A stretch of 64,000 nucleotides of DNA from NCBI GenBank assembly GCA_963666115.2, contig CAXXET010000006.1:96001-160000 (forward strand), read 5' to 3'. The first letter of the stretch is position 1; each line of letters opens with the position of its first letter. The translations under genes and the position numbers were made by a program. This DNA is from Dehalococcoidia bacterium (GTDB lineage Bacteria; Chloroflexota; Dehalococcoidia; UBA6926). The notes under the pieces are model-generated. The model ran no database searches. It was not told where the DNA came from and was given only the letters and a program-made list of their open reading frames with translations. This document shows positions 38,288 to 48,463 of the stretch, piece by piece.

Positions 38288-40105
38288 ATGACACGATGGA
38301 GCGGACGAGGACTCATGCTTGTCATCTGCCTTGTCTTGCTCGTTGCCGCAGCCGCCTGCAACGACGACGCCGCATCGACCACCACCGCGGAGCCAACCGC
38401 CGTCGGAGATGGCGCCGGCGGCCAGGGCGGAGGCGTCGCTCGCCCCACGCCGACGGTGAACCCTCCCGTCCCCACCATTCAGCCCGTCAGAAGCAATATC
38501 ATCGAAACAACGTCCATCAGCGGCAAGCCTGTTCCCAACGATGCCGTGCAGGGCGGCACACTCATCGCGTCTGTCTGGCAGTCAGAGCAAACATTCAATA
38601 CGTGGGAAGACTATGAGGGCGCGTCTTTCGTCATGATGCACCCCTTGCATAATCTTCTCCTGCAAACCCGCACCTGGGGTGATACCGATGACTTTCAGCG
38701 GCACAGGTTCCTTGAGATTTACCCGGACCTGGCCCTGGGATGGGAAATCTCCAGGGACGGTTTGACCATCACGGTCAACCTCAGGGATGACGTTTTCTGG
38801 ACGGACGGCGTCCGGTTGACGTGCGGGGACGTCGCCTGGACCTACAATACGATCCGAACGGGCGGGGGACTTATTCGCAGCCCGAGGTCCGTCTACTTCG
38901 CCTCCGTCAGGCAGGTGGAGTGCGCGGACGCTTTCACCGTCCTCTTCCTGCTCCGCGAACCGCGAGTTGCAGTCATCGATGCGCTTGCCCTTCCGCATAA
39001 CATCATTCGACCGCAGCACATTTACGCCAATGACACCGCAGCCATGCGGGATCGGCTCCCCACGGTTACCACCGGCCCGTTCGTCGTCGCCGGACAGGTG
39101 CCGGGCGAGAGCGTCACGTATAGCCGGAACAATAGCTACTGGGATCAGCCCTTCCCGTTCTTGTCGGGACTGGAGTTCGTCATCCTGGCGGAATCCGCCC
39201 TGGCGACCGGGCTCCGTTCGGGAGCCATCGACGTGGGCAAGCCGGAGGGCTATGCCAAGGAGGACGCGGAGACCCTGCAAAACGAATGTGACACCTGCCA
39301 GGTCTGGCCGCGGGCATTGGCAATGGGCCAAACGCACCACATCATCCTCAACCACACCAGGGAGCCCTGGAACAGCAGCGGCATCAAGGAGGTTATCGCC
39401 CTCGGAATTGACAACACGAAGTACATCCGGAACATCCATGGCGGCTGGCACTTGCCGCCCACCGGCTGCGGCACCTATCCCTACTCAACCTGGGCATTGC
39501 CAATAGACCGTTGCACGGACATTCCCGGCTATAGCGATTTCTCCGCAAAGTCCTCGCCTGCGGCGGACAAGGCGCATGCCAGGGAAATCCTTGCCAATCT
39601 CGGCTACTCCCCCGGCGAGCTGTCCATCTCCATCTACTTCAGTGAAGTTACTGAGGAGGATATCCCTGCAGTCATCTCCGACTTCCAGGAAATCGGCATC
39701 AACGCCGCCTCCATCGTCCTTAGCCGGCAAGACTTCCTGGCCCGCATCACCGAAGGCGACTTTGACGCTGCCGTCCATTCTGAATGGGCCATCAGCGATG
39801 CCCCGGACCTCTTGCTCCTCGGACACTTCTATACCGATGGCCGGAACAATTTCGGACGCTTCAGCAGCCCGGAACTCGATGACCTCGTCGATACCATGAG
39901 CGCCGCCCAGAACCTGGACACCCGGCGGGAACTCGCTTGGGATGCCCTGGAGTTGGCCCTCAAGGAGCAGGCAAAGATCGTTGTCTCCCACGGCGTCCTC
40001 ATGCCCGTCTTCAGTGGACGAGTGCGCGGCGTCATGCCCGGTCTCGACTACCAGGCTGAATACGGCCCCCAACTTCGGTACGATCACGCCTGGCTGGCCC
40101 AATAG
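38288..40105 (+). CDS. ABC family-5 solute-binding lipoprotein 1 (most divergent copy)
   Basis: Lipobox AAAC, PDLA..W..S.DG, W.DG....DV and TTGPF. Confidence 0.9.
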   Translation: MTRWSGRGLMLVICLVLLVAAAACNDDAASTTTAEPTAVGDGAGGQGGGVARPTPTVNPPVPTIQPVRSNIIETTSISGKPVPNDAVQGGTLIASVWQSEQTFNTWEDYEGASFVMMHPLHNLLLQTRTWGDTDDFQRHRFLEIYPDLALGWEISRDGLTITVNLRDDVFWTDGVRLTCGDVAWTYNTIRTGGGLIRSPRSVYFASVRQVECADAFTVLFLLREPRVAVIDALALPHNIIRPQHIYANDTAAMRDRLPTVTTGPFVVAGQVPGESVTYSRNNSYWDQPFPFLSGLEFVILAESALATGLRSGAIDVGKPEGYAKEDAETLQNECDTCQVWPRALAMGQTHHIILNHTREPWNSSGIKEVIALGIDNTKYIRNIHGGWHLPPTGCGTYPYSTWALPIDRCTDIPGYSDFSAKSSPAADKAHAREILANLGYSPGELSISIYFSEVTEEDIPAVISDFQEIGINAASIVLSRQDFLARITEGDFDAAVHSEWAISDAPDLLLLGHFYTDGRNNFGRFSSPELDDLVDTMSAAQNLDTRRELAWDALELALKEQAKIVVSHGVLMPVFSGRVRGVMPGLDYQAEYGPQLRYDHAWLAQ

Positions 40106-40163
40106 GCCGCGGCGCCGGACAGCCGGAGTGAACCCGCTATTCAATTCAGTACACCCTTGCGCT

Positions 40164-40198
40164 GCTAGGATTGACATGACTCTAGCCACTGTCATAAT
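40164..40198 (+). promoter_or_regulatory. Conserved SBP promoter, copy 1
   Basis: GCTAGGA-TTGACA-16 nt-CATAAT. Confidence 0.75.
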
Positions 40199-40251
40199 CA
40201 ATGCATCCAACAACTGGTAAAGCAGATGGTTTAAGGTAGGAGGAAGACCTC

Positions 40252-42105
40252 ATGAGCAGATGGACCCTGCTCCTCATCGGGCTGGTCGCAACAATCGCCT
40301 TGCTGGCGGCTGCGTGCGGCGGCACCGCTGAGGAAGAACAGGATGAAGTGGCCAACACGCCTGCGCCCACGGCAACGGCGCTGACCATTACCGCAAGCTC
40401 CCCGCAGGCCGAGCCGACGACGCCTCCGGCGGCAACCCCGGCCACAGACGAAGACCCCACGCATTCCGTCAGCGGAATCCCGCTTGATCCTGACGCGGTC
40501 TACGGCGGCACGCTCAAGCTCGCCTATCGGTCCACCAACCCGCTGAACCCCTGGGAAGAGGCGGCCGGACCGGCATTCGACGTTGGGCACCTGCTCAATA
40601 ACATGCTTATCAAGCCGCGCACGTGGGGAACCGAAGAGGACTTCAAGAACAATGCGTTCTTCGAACTGCATCCTGACCTGGCCAGCACGTGGGAACAGTC
40701 TGAGGACGGCCTGTCCTGGAGCTTCACCCTGCGCGACGGCATTGACTGGTCGGACGGAACACCCCTGTCCTGCAACGACGTGAAGTGGTCCTTTGACACA
40801 ATCAGGCTGTCAAACGACGCCGGACTCCTGCGCAGCCCGCGCAAGACCCACTACCTGGCAATTGACAGCATCCAGTGCGCGGACGACCTCACCGTGGTCT
40901 TTAACCTTCGGTGGGCGAAGCCCGCTGTCCTGGAGGTCATTGGCCAGCCGTACAACATCATCTTCCCCTCCCACGTCTACCAGACCGAGTTCCTGGAGAC
41001 CGGCAAGCTGGATTCCATGCGCGAAGAGCCCTCCAAGGCCACCACCGGCGCGTTCCAACTCGTTGACTACATCCCCGGCGAGGGCTACACCTTTGAGCGG
41101 AATGACGACTACTGGGATGCTCCGCTCCCGTACGTTGACGGCGTCGAGATGATTTTCCTCTCCCGCTCCAACATCCCGCCCGCCCTCAGGACCGGCTCGG
41201 TTCACGTGGGCGACTCCCATGGTTACACCGGCGGACAGGCCCTCACCCTCCTGAGCGAGCATGACCCCGAGATCTTTACGATTTACGATCGGGTCATCGC
41301 ATCCTCGTTCAGCCCCGCGCTGTTCCTTAACAAGGAGCGCGCGCCCTGGAATGACCCTGCGGTCAACACCGCCTTCGCGCTCGCCATTGACAACCAGAAG
41401 TACATCACCGCCGTTCAGCAGGACCTCTTTGAACTGCCCACCGGCTGCGGCTTCTACCCCACCAGTGAGTGGGCCATGCCCGCCGAGCGCTGCGCCGCCA
41501 TCCCCGGCTATGCGGACGTGTTCGGAGCGACCACTGAGGATCGCGCCGCCGCCGCCGCCGCTGATAAGGAGCGCGCCAAGAAGATCCTTGCGGACGCCGG
41601 CTACACCGGTGAGAATGCGCTCGACCTCAGCATGACTGTTTGGAACGTCATCCAGGCGGACGGCCCGCAGATCCAGTTGGACCTGCAGGAAGTCGGCGTC
41701 AACGTGGAGCTCCTGATCTTCGATTCCACCACCACCTACACCAAGTGGTCCAACGCCGACTTCGACGTGGGAGTCCACAGCTTCTGGATCGCGGGAATCG
41801 ACCCGGACGTGACGCTCTACGAGCACTTCTACACCGGCTCGGACCGCAACTACAACCGCTACAGCAATCCTGAGTTCGACAACCTGGTCAACCAGATGAG
41901 CCGGACCCTGGACAAGGAAGAGCGCAAGGAGCTTGCCTGGCAGGCCATGGAGCTCGCGCTGACTGAGGTGGGCAAGGTCGTCATTTCACACGGCTCCTAC
42001 TACCCGATGTTCAGCGCCAACCTCCGCGGCTACATGCCCGCCCCCAACTACCTCGCAGGCTACGGCCCGGTCAAGCGCTACGCCCACGTCTGGATCGACG
42101 AGTAG
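40252..42105 (+). CDS. ABC family-5 solute-binding lipoprotein 2
   Basis: Lipobox AAAC; paralog of its neighbours. Confidence 0.92.
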   Translation: MSRWTLLLIGLVATIALLAAACGGTAEEEQDEVANTPAPTATALTITASSPQAEPTTPPAATPATDEDPTHSVSGIPLDPDAVYGGTLKLAYRSTNPLNPWEEAAGPAFDVGHLLNNMLIKPRTWGTEEDFKNNAFFELHPDLASTWEQSEDGLSWSFTLRDGIDWSDGTPLSCNDVKWSFDTIRLSNDAGLLRSPRKTHYLAIDSIQCADDLTVVFNLRWAKPAVLEVIGQPYNIIFPSHVYQTEFLETGKLDSMREEPSKATTGAFQLVDYIPGEGYTFERNDDYWDAPLPYVDGVEMIFLSRSNIPPALRTGSVHVGDSHGYTGGQALTLLSEHDPEIFTIYDRVIASSFSPALFLNKERAPWNDPAVNTAFALAIDNQKYITAVQQDLFELPTGCGFYPTSEWAMPAERCAAIPGYADVFGATTEDRAAAAAADKERAKKILADAGYTGENALDLSMTVWNVIQADGPQIQLDLQEVGVNVELLIFDSTTTYTKWSNADFDVGVHSFWIAGIDPDVTLYEHFYTGSDRNYNRYSNPEFDNLVNQMSRTLDKEERKELAWQAMELALTEVGKVVISHGSYYPMFSANLRGYMPAPNYLAGYGPVKRYAHVWIDE

Positions 42106-42136
42106 CGCAACGCGAATCCGGCCGGTTTCGGATAAC

Positions 42137-42178
42137 AATGCTGCCCCTGCCGCAACGGCAGGGGCAGCATTTCTTTTT
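42137..42178 (+). terminator. Intrinsic terminator
   Basis: AATGCTGCCCCTGCC-GCAAC-GGCAGGGGCAGCATT plus a T-run. Confidence 0.85.
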
Positions 42179-42193
42179 GCCATGCATAGTGTT

Positions 42194-42228
42194 GCTAGGG
42201 TTGACACTAGCTACAGTCAAGTCATAAT
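42194..42228 (+). promoter_or_regulatory. Conserved SBP promoter, copy 2
   Basis: GCTAGGG-TTGACA-16 nt-CATAAT. Confidence 0.75.
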
Positions 42229-42265
42229 AACTCAATCACAGTTACCAATAGGGGAGGAGAAGATT

Positions 42266-44140
42266 ATGAGCAGATGGACCTTGCTTCTCATCGGCTTGGT
42301 CGCTGCCCTTGCGCTGCTTGCGGCGGCGTGCGGCACGGCTGAAGAAGATGAGGAGGACACGGGGGAAACGGAAACCCCGCCGACGGCGACAGCAACAGCT
42401 ATCGTCATCACCGGCAGCGCGGCAGATACCCCAACACCTGTGCCTGTTGACATGGACGATGATGACGACATGATGGACGATACCCGTTCCGTCAGCGGCA
42501 TCCCGCTTGACCCGGATGCCAAGTACGGCGGCACCCTCCAGATCGCCTACACGAGCCACAGCCCGAGCTTCGTGCCGTGGGAGTCCGCAGCCGGCCACTC
42601 CTTCGAAGTGGCGCAGATGCTGAACAACATGCTGATCAAGCCGAGGACGTGGGGCACCGAAGAAGACTTCAATAACTTCGTCTACTTTGAGTTGCATCCT
42701 GACCTCGCCACCAGTTGGGAACAGTCCGATGATGGACTCGCCTACACCTTCGCCCTGCGTGAGGGCGTGGACTGGTCGGACGGCGTGCCTGTCACGTGCA
42801 ACGACATCAAGTGGTCGTTTGACACCATCCGGCTTGCCCAGGACGCAGGCCTAAGCACCAGCCCGCGCAAGACGCACTACCTCGCGGTTGACGCCATCAC
42901 CTGCCCGGATGACCTGACGGTGGTCTTCAACCTCCGGTGGGCGAAGCCGGCCATGATTGAAGTCATCGGCCAGCCCTACAACGTCATCTTCCCGGCACAC
43001 ATCTACCAGACGGAATTCCTGGAGACCGGCGCATTGATGTCCTTCCAGGATGAGCCGTCCAAGGCAACAACCGGCGCCTACAAGCTGGCGAACTACATTC
43101 CCGGCGAGATTTTCGTGTTCGAGCGCAACGATGACTACTGGGACCAGCCGCTTCCGTACCTTGACGGCGTAGAGATGCGCTTCCTTGGCCCGGGTTCATC
43201 CCAGATTCCCCCGGCCCTGCGCGCAGGACGTCTGCATATCGGCAGCCCCAACGGCTACACCGGCGGACAGGCGGACACGCTCCTCGCGGAGTGCACGGAA
43301 ACGTGCCAGTTCTGGCAGAACCGCATCATCGCCTCCTCCTTCAGCCCCGCGCTCTTCATCAACAAGCAGCGCAAGGGATGGATGGAAGACCAGAGAATCC
43401 ACGAGGCATTCTCCCTGGCGATCGACAACCAGGCATACATCACCACCGTTCGCAACGACTGGTACGAGCTCCCGGTGGGCTGCGGATTCTACCCGACGTC
43501 CCCGTGGGCCATGCCCAGGGAGCGCTGCGGCCAGATCACCGGCTTTGCTGATGTCGTTCCGGAGACGCGCGAGGCGCGCGCCGCCGCCGCTGCCGCTGAC
43601 AAGGAGCGCGCGCGGGCATTGCTGGCAGAGGCCGGCTACGACGCGGACAACCCGCTCGTCGTTGACTTCACCGTCTGGTCCCCAATCCAGGGCGACGCCC
43701 CGCAGTTCATCAATGACCTTGCGGAGATCGGCGTGACCGCCGAGCCGGATGTCCAGGAGTCGGCGACTGCCTACGGCAACTGGGCGACGGCCAACTTCGA
43801 CTTCGGAGTCCACAGCTTCTGGATCGCCGGAATCGACCCGGACGTGACCCTGTACGAGCACTTCTACACGGGTTCGGACCGCAACTACAACCGCTACAGC
43901 AATCCCGAGTTCGACAATCTGGTCAACCAGATGAGCCGGACACTGGATCAGGAAGAGCGGAAGGAGTTGGCATGGGACGCGATGGAAATGGCGCTCAATG
44001 ATGTCGCCAAGATCGTCGTCTCGCACAGCTCCTACGTCATGGCCATCAACAAGGACGTTCGCGGCTTCATGCCGGCCATCAACTACCTCTCCGCCTACGG
44101 CCCGCTGAAGCGCTACCAGCACGTCTGGCTTGACGAGTAG
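42266..44140 (+). CDS. ABC family-5 solute-binding lipoprotein 3
   Basis: MSRWTLLL..AAAC; strong SD. Confidence 0.92.
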   Translation: MSRWTLLLIGLVAALALLAAACGTAEEDEEDTGETETPPTATATAIVITGSAADTPTPVPVDMDDDDDMMDDTRSVSGIPLDPDAKYGGTLQIAYTSHSPSFVPWESAAGHSFEVAQMLNNMLIKPRTWGTEEDFNNFVYFELHPDLATSWEQSDDGLAYTFALREGVDWSDGVPVTCNDIKWSFDTIRLAQDAGLSTSPRKTHYLAVDAITCPDDLTVVFNLRWAKPAMIEVIGQPYNVIFPAHIYQTEFLETGALMSFQDEPSKATTGAYKLANYIPGEIFVFERNDDYWDQPLPYLDGVEMRFLGPGSSQIPPALRAGRLHIGSPNGYTGGQADTLLAECTETCQFWQNRIIASSFSPALFINKQRKGWMEDQRIHEAFSLAIDNQAYITTVRNDWYELPVGCGFYPTSPWAMPRERCGQITGFADVVPETREARAAAAAADKERARALLAEAGYDADNPLVVDFTVWSPIQGDAPQFINDLAEIGVTAEPDVQESATAYGNWATANFDFGVHSFWIAGIDPDVTLYEHFYTGSDRNYNRYSNPEFDNLVNQMSRTLDQEERKELAWDAMEMALNDVAKIVVSHSSYVMAINKDVRGFMPAINYLSAYGPLKRYQHVWLDE

Positions 44141-44187
44141 CAGACTCGCCTGAGATCGGGAACGGCAGCCAGCCCGTTTCGGATACC

Positions 44188-44229
44188 AATGATGCCCCTG
44201 CCATTGCGGCAGGGGCATCATTCCTTTTT
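44188..44229 (+). terminator. Intrinsic terminator
   Basis: AATGATGCCCCTGCC-ATTGC-GGCAGGGGCATCATT plus a T-run. Compensatory change relative to the 42137 copy. Confidence 0.85.
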
Positions 44230-44244
44230 GCAATACCTAGTATC

Positions 44245-44279
44245 GCTAGGGTTGACACTAGCTACAGTCAAGTCATAAT
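44245..44279 (+). promoter_or_regulatory. Conserved SBP promoter, copy 3
   Basis: GCTAGGG-TTGACA-16 nt-CATAAT. Confidence 0.75.
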
Positions 44280-44317
44280 GACACAATTGCGGTTGACCCA
44301 TAGGGGAGGAGGAGACT

Positions 44318-46207
44318 ATGAGCAGATGGACTTTGCTTCTTGTCGGTCTGGTCGCCACGCTTGCGCTTCTTGCGGCAGCATGCGGCACAGCCCAGGAAGA
44401 TGAAGACGAGGGAGAAACAGAAACCCCGCCGACAGCGACAGCGACAGCTATCGTCATCACCGGCAGCGCGGCAAATACGGCAACTCCGGTGCCCGACACG
44501 GGCGGTGGCGATATGCCGACCCCGGGGCCTGATCCCAACGCGTCCGTCAGCGGCATCCCGCTCGATCCCGATGCCAAGTACGGCGGCGTGTTGCAGACGT
44601 CCTATACGTCCAACAGCCCCAGCTTCATCCCGTGGGAGTCCGCCGCAGGTCACTCCTTCCCCATTGCCCACTTGCTGAACAACATGCTCATCAAGCCGCG
44701 CACGTGGGGCAATGAAGAGGACTTCAGGAACCAGGTCTACTTTGAGTTGCATCCTGACCTCGCCACAGGCTGGGAGCAGTCCGAGGATGGTCGCGCCTAC
44801 ACCTTCACCCTGCGTGACGGCGTGAACTGGTCAGACGGCGTGCCGGTCACGTGCAACGACATCAAGTGGTCGTTTGACACAATCAGGCTCGCGCAGGACG
44901 CAGGCCTGAGCACCAGCCCGCGGAAGACCCACTACCTGGCAATTGACTCCATCTCGTGCCCGGATGACCTCACCGTCGTATTCAACCTTCGGTGGGCGAA
45001 GCCGGCCATGATTGAGGTCATCGGCCAGCCCTACAACGTCATCTTCCCGGCCCACATCTACCAGCAGGAGTACCTCGACACCGGCGCCTTGAAGTCCTTC
45101 AAGGAGGAACCATCCAAGGCGACCACAGGCGCATACACGCTGGGCACCTGGATTCCGGGCGAGTCCTTTGAGTTCAACCGGAACCCCAACTACTGGGATG
45201 AGCCGCTTCCGTACCTCGATGGCGTCAAGATGATCTACCTTGGCCCCGGCTCCTCGCAGTTGCCTCCTGCGTTGCGCGCAGGCCGGCTGGACGTTGGCAG
45301 CACCACCGGCTACACCGGCGGCCAGGCAGACACGCTCCTTTCGGAATGCACGGACACCTGCCAGATCTGGGACGCCCGTGTGATCGCGTCATCCTTCAGC
45401 CCCGCGCTCTTCATCAACAAGCAGCGCAAGGGATGGATGGAAGACCAGAGGATCCACGAGGCCTTTGCGCTGGCAGTGGATAACCAGAAGTACATCACGA
45501 CCGTTCGCAACGATTGGTATGAGCTCCCTGTCGGCTGCGGCTTCTACCCCACGTCCCCGTGGGCCATGCCCAGGGAGCGCTGCGGCCAGATCACCGGCTT
45601 CGCGGACGTCGTTCCTGAGACGCGTGAAGCGCGTGCCGCCGCCGCTGCCTCTGACAAGGAAAAGGCTCGCGCCCTCCTCAGGGAAGCCGGCTACACCACC
45701 GACCCGGGCTCGGACAACCAGCTTGAGGTGACGTGGACCGTGTGGGCGCCCATCCAGGGCGACGTTCCGGCCTTCTCCAGCGACCTGGAAGAGATCGGTG
45801 TCAAGGTCAACGTGGATGTACAGGAGTCCGCGACCGCCTACGGCAACTGGGCGACGCACAACTTCGACTTCGGCCTCCACAGCTTCTGGATCGCCGGAAT
45901 CGACCCGGACGTGACCCTGTACGAGCACTTCTACACTGGCTCCGACCGGAACTACAACGACTACAGGAATCCGGAGTTCGACAACTTGGTCAACACCATG
46001 AGCCGGACCTTGGATCAGGAGGAGCGGAAGCAACTCGCGTGGGACGCGATGGAGATGGCGCTGAATGACGTTGCCAAGATCGTGGTCTCGCACAGTTCCT
46101 ACGTTCCGATCGTCGGCGCGGATGTGCGCGGCTTCATGCCGGCCCTCAACTACCTCACCGGCTACGGCCCGCTCTACCGCTACGCCCACGTCTGGCTTGA
46201 TCGGTAA
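44318..46207 (+). CDS. ABC family-5 solute-binding lipoprotein 4
   Basis: Paralog; lipobox AAAC. Confidence 0.92.
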   Translation: MSRWTLLLVGLVATLALLAAACGTAQEDEDEGETETPPTATATAIVITGSAANTATPVPDTGGGDMPTPGPDPNASVSGIPLDPDAKYGGVLQTSYTSNSPSFIPWESAAGHSFPIAHLLNNMLIKPRTWGNEEDFRNQVYFELHPDLATGWEQSEDGRAYTFTLRDGVNWSDGVPVTCNDIKWSFDTIRLAQDAGLSTSPRKTHYLAIDSISCPDDLTVVFNLRWAKPAMIEVIGQPYNVIFPAHIYQQEYLDTGALKSFKEEPSKATTGAYTLGTWIPGESFEFNRNPNYWDEPLPYLDGVKMIYLGPGSSQLPPALRAGRLDVGSTTGYTGGQADTLLSECTDTCQIWDARVIASSFSPALFINKQRKGWMEDQRIHEAFALAVDNQKYITTVRNDWYELPVGCGFYPTSPWAMPRERCGQITGFADVVPETREARAAAAASDKEKARALLREAGYTTDPGSDNQLEVTWTVWAPIQGDVPAFSSDLEEIGVKVNVDVQESATAYGNWATHNFDFGLHSFWIAGIDPDVTLYEHFYTGSDRNYNDYRNPEFDNLVNTMSRTLDQEERKQLAWDAMEMALNDVAKIVVSHSSYVPIVGADVRGFMPALNYLTGYGPLYRYAHVWLDR

Positions 46208-46258
46208 TCCAACCGACTGAGTCACTGTGGCGCTGACGGCAAATCCGCAGACCACAAG

Positions 46259-46297
46259 GGCGCCCCGGCGCGAAAGCGCCGGGGCGCTCCACTTTTT
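46259..46297 (+). terminator. Intrinsic terminator
   Basis: GCGCCCCGGCGC-GAAA-GCGCCGGGGCGC plus TTTTT. Confidence 0.85.
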
Positions 46298-46310
46298 GCT
46301 GCCTGGCATT

Positions 46311-46345
46311 GCTAGGGTTGACACTCAGCATCGCGGCGTCATACT
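46311..46345 (+). promoter_or_regulatory. Conserved SBP promoter, copy 4
   Basis: GCTAGGG-TTGACA-16 nt-CATACT. Confidence 0.75.
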
Positions 46346-46385
46346 GTCACAACTAGGGTTTACCTATGGGAGGAGGAGGGAGACC

Positions 46386-48269
46386 ATGAATAGGTTTACA
46401 TTGCTCCTTGTCGGCCTGATTGCCGCGCTTGCCTTGCTGGCGGCGGCGTGCGGCACGGCTGAAGAGGAAGCGGAAGATACGCCCGCGCCTGCGGAACCGA
46501 CCGCGACCGCGCTCAGCATCACGGGCAGCGCCCCGCCAACGGCAACCCCGATGACCGACATGGGCGACAGCGTTGCGCCAACGCCGGGGCCTGATCCCAA
46601 CGCATCCGTCAGCGGCATCCCGCTTGACCCGGACGCCCAGTACGGCGGCGTTTTGCAGATCTCATACACAACCAACAGTCCCAGCTTCGTTCCCTGGGAG
46701 TCGGCGGCAGGACACTCATTTGAAGTGGCTCACATGCTTAACAACATGCTGATCAAGCCGCGTACGTGGGGCGACGAAGCAGACTTTGACAACCAGGTCT
46801 ACTTTGAGTTGCACCCTGACCTCGCCACGGATTGGGAACAGTCTGACGACGGTCTGGCGTACACCTTCAATCTGCGTGACGGCGTGAACTGGTCGGATGG
46901 CGTGCCTGTCTCATGCAACGATGTCAAATGGTCGTTTGACACCATCCGGCTCGCGCAGGACGCAGGCCTGAGCACCAGCCCGCGGAAGACCCACTACCTG
47001 GCCATCGACTCCATCGCCTGCCCGGATGACCTCACCGTCGTGTTCAATCTCAGGTGGGCGAAGCCGGCCATGATTGAAGTCATCGGCCAGCCCTACAACG
47101 TCATCTTCCCCGCGCACATCTACCAGCAGGAGTACCTGGACACCGGCGCCCTGCGCTCATTCCAGGACGAACCATCCAAGGTGACCACTGGCGCCTACAC
47201 GTTGGGCCGGTGGATTCCCGGTGAGTCCTTCACCTTTGAGCGCAACGACAGCTATTGGGACGCGCCGCTGCCCTACCTTGATGGCGTTCAGATGACATTC
47301 CTTGGCCCCGGCTCCAGCCAGGTTGTGACAGCCTTGCGTGGCGACCGGCTGCATGTTGGAAGCACCACCGGCTACACTGGCGGTCAGGCGGACACGCTCA
47401 TCCAGGAATGCACGGAAGTCTGCCAGTTCTGGCAGAGCCGCGTCATTGCATCCTCCTTCAGCCCGGCGCTCTTCATCAACAAGCAGCGCAAGGGCTGGAT
47501 GGAAGACCAGAGGATCCACGAGGCCTTTGCGCTGGCAGTGGACAACCAGAAGTACATCACAACCGTGAGGAACGACTGGTATGAGCTCCCCGTCGGCTGC
47601 GGCTTCTACCCCACGTCCCCGTGGGCCATGCCGCGTGAGCGCTGCGGGCAGGTAATCGGCTTCGCCGATGTTGTTCCTGAGACGCGTGAGGCGCGCGCCG
47701 CAGCGGCTGCCGCCGACAAGGAAAAGGCTCGCGCGTTGCTGAGGGAAGCTGGCTACACCACTGATCCCGGCTCAGACAACCAGCTCCAGGTAACCTGGAC
47801 CGTCTGGGCGCCCATCCAGGGTGACATCCCGGCATTCGAGAGCGACCTTACGGAGATCGGCGTGATCGTGGAGACGGATGTGCAGGAGTCTGCGACCGCC
47901 TACGGCAACTGGGCAACGCATAACTTCGACTTCGGCCTCCACAGCTTCTGGATCGCGGGAATCGACCCGGACGTGACCCTGTACGAGCACTTCTACACCG
48001 GTTCCGACCGGAACTACAACGACTACAGGAATCCGGAGTTTGACAACCTCGTCAACCAGATGAGCCGGACCCTGGATCAGGAAGAGCGCAAGGAGCTCGC
48101 CTGGCAGGCCATGGAGATGGCGCTGAATGACGTCGCCAAGATCGTGGTCTCCCACAGTTCCTACGTCGCAGCGGTCAACAGGGATGTCCGCGGCTACATG
48201 CCCGCCCTCAACTACCTTGCCGGCTACGGCCCGGTCAAGCGCTACGCCCACGTCTGGCTTGATGAGTAA
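46386..48269 (+). CDS. ABC family-5 solute-binding lipoprotein 5
   Basis: MNRFTLLL..AAAC; paralog. Confidence 0.92.
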   Translation: MNRFTLLLVGLIAALALLAAACGTAEEEAEDTPAPAEPTATALSITGSAPPTATPMTDMGDSVAPTPGPDPNASVSGIPLDPDAQYGGVLQISYTTNSPSFVPWESAAGHSFEVAHMLNNMLIKPRTWGDEADFDNQVYFELHPDLATDWEQSDDGLAYTFNLRDGVNWSDGVPVSCNDVKWSFDTIRLAQDAGLSTSPRKTHYLAIDSIACPDDLTVVFNLRWAKPAMIEVIGQPYNVIFPAHIYQQEYLDTGALRSFQDEPSKVTTGAYTLGRWIPGESFTFERNDSYWDAPLPYLDGVQMTFLGPGSSQVVTALRGDRLHVGSTTGYTGGQADTLIQECTEVCQFWQSRVIASSFSPALFINKQRKGWMEDQRIHEAFALAVDNQKYITTVRNDWYELPVGCGFYPTSPWAMPRERCGQVIGFADVVPETREARAAAAAADKEKARALLREAGYTTDPGSDNQLQVTWTVWAPIQGDIPAFESDLTEIGVIVETDVQESATAYGNWATHNFDFGLHSFWIAGIDPDVTLYEHFYTGSDRNYNDYRNPEFDNLVNQMSRTLDQEERKELAWQAMEMALNDVAKIVVSHSSYVAAVNRDVRGYMPALNYLAGYGPVKRYAHVWLDE

Positions 48270-48318
48270 GCCAAACCGCTGAGCCACTGTGGCGCTGACG
48301 GCAAACCCGCAGACCACA

Positions 48319-48359
48319 AGAGGCCCTCGATGCACCCGCATCGGGGGCCTCTACTTTTT
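48319..48359 (+). terminator. Intrinsic terminator
   Basis: AGAGGCCCTCGATGC-ACCC-GCATCGGGGGCCTCT plus TTTTT. Confidence 0.85.
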
Positions 48360-48455
48360 GCCCCCACTGTCATTCTGCCCCCACTGTCATTCTGAGCGCA
48401 GCGAAGAATCCATCCCCTCTCCCTCAGGGTCAGGGAGAGGGCTAGGGTGAGGGGG
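48360..48455 (+). repeat. Half B, full B and D repeats next to tRNA-Sec
   Basis: GCCCCCACTGTCATTCT duplicated, then B at 48386 and D at 48415. Confidence 0.85.
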
Positions 48456-48463
48456 CGGCAAAC

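Noticed and set aside
38288-48269. SBP array as a diversity-generating retroelement target
   Set aside because: There is no reverse transcriptase, and differences between copies are not adenine-specific.
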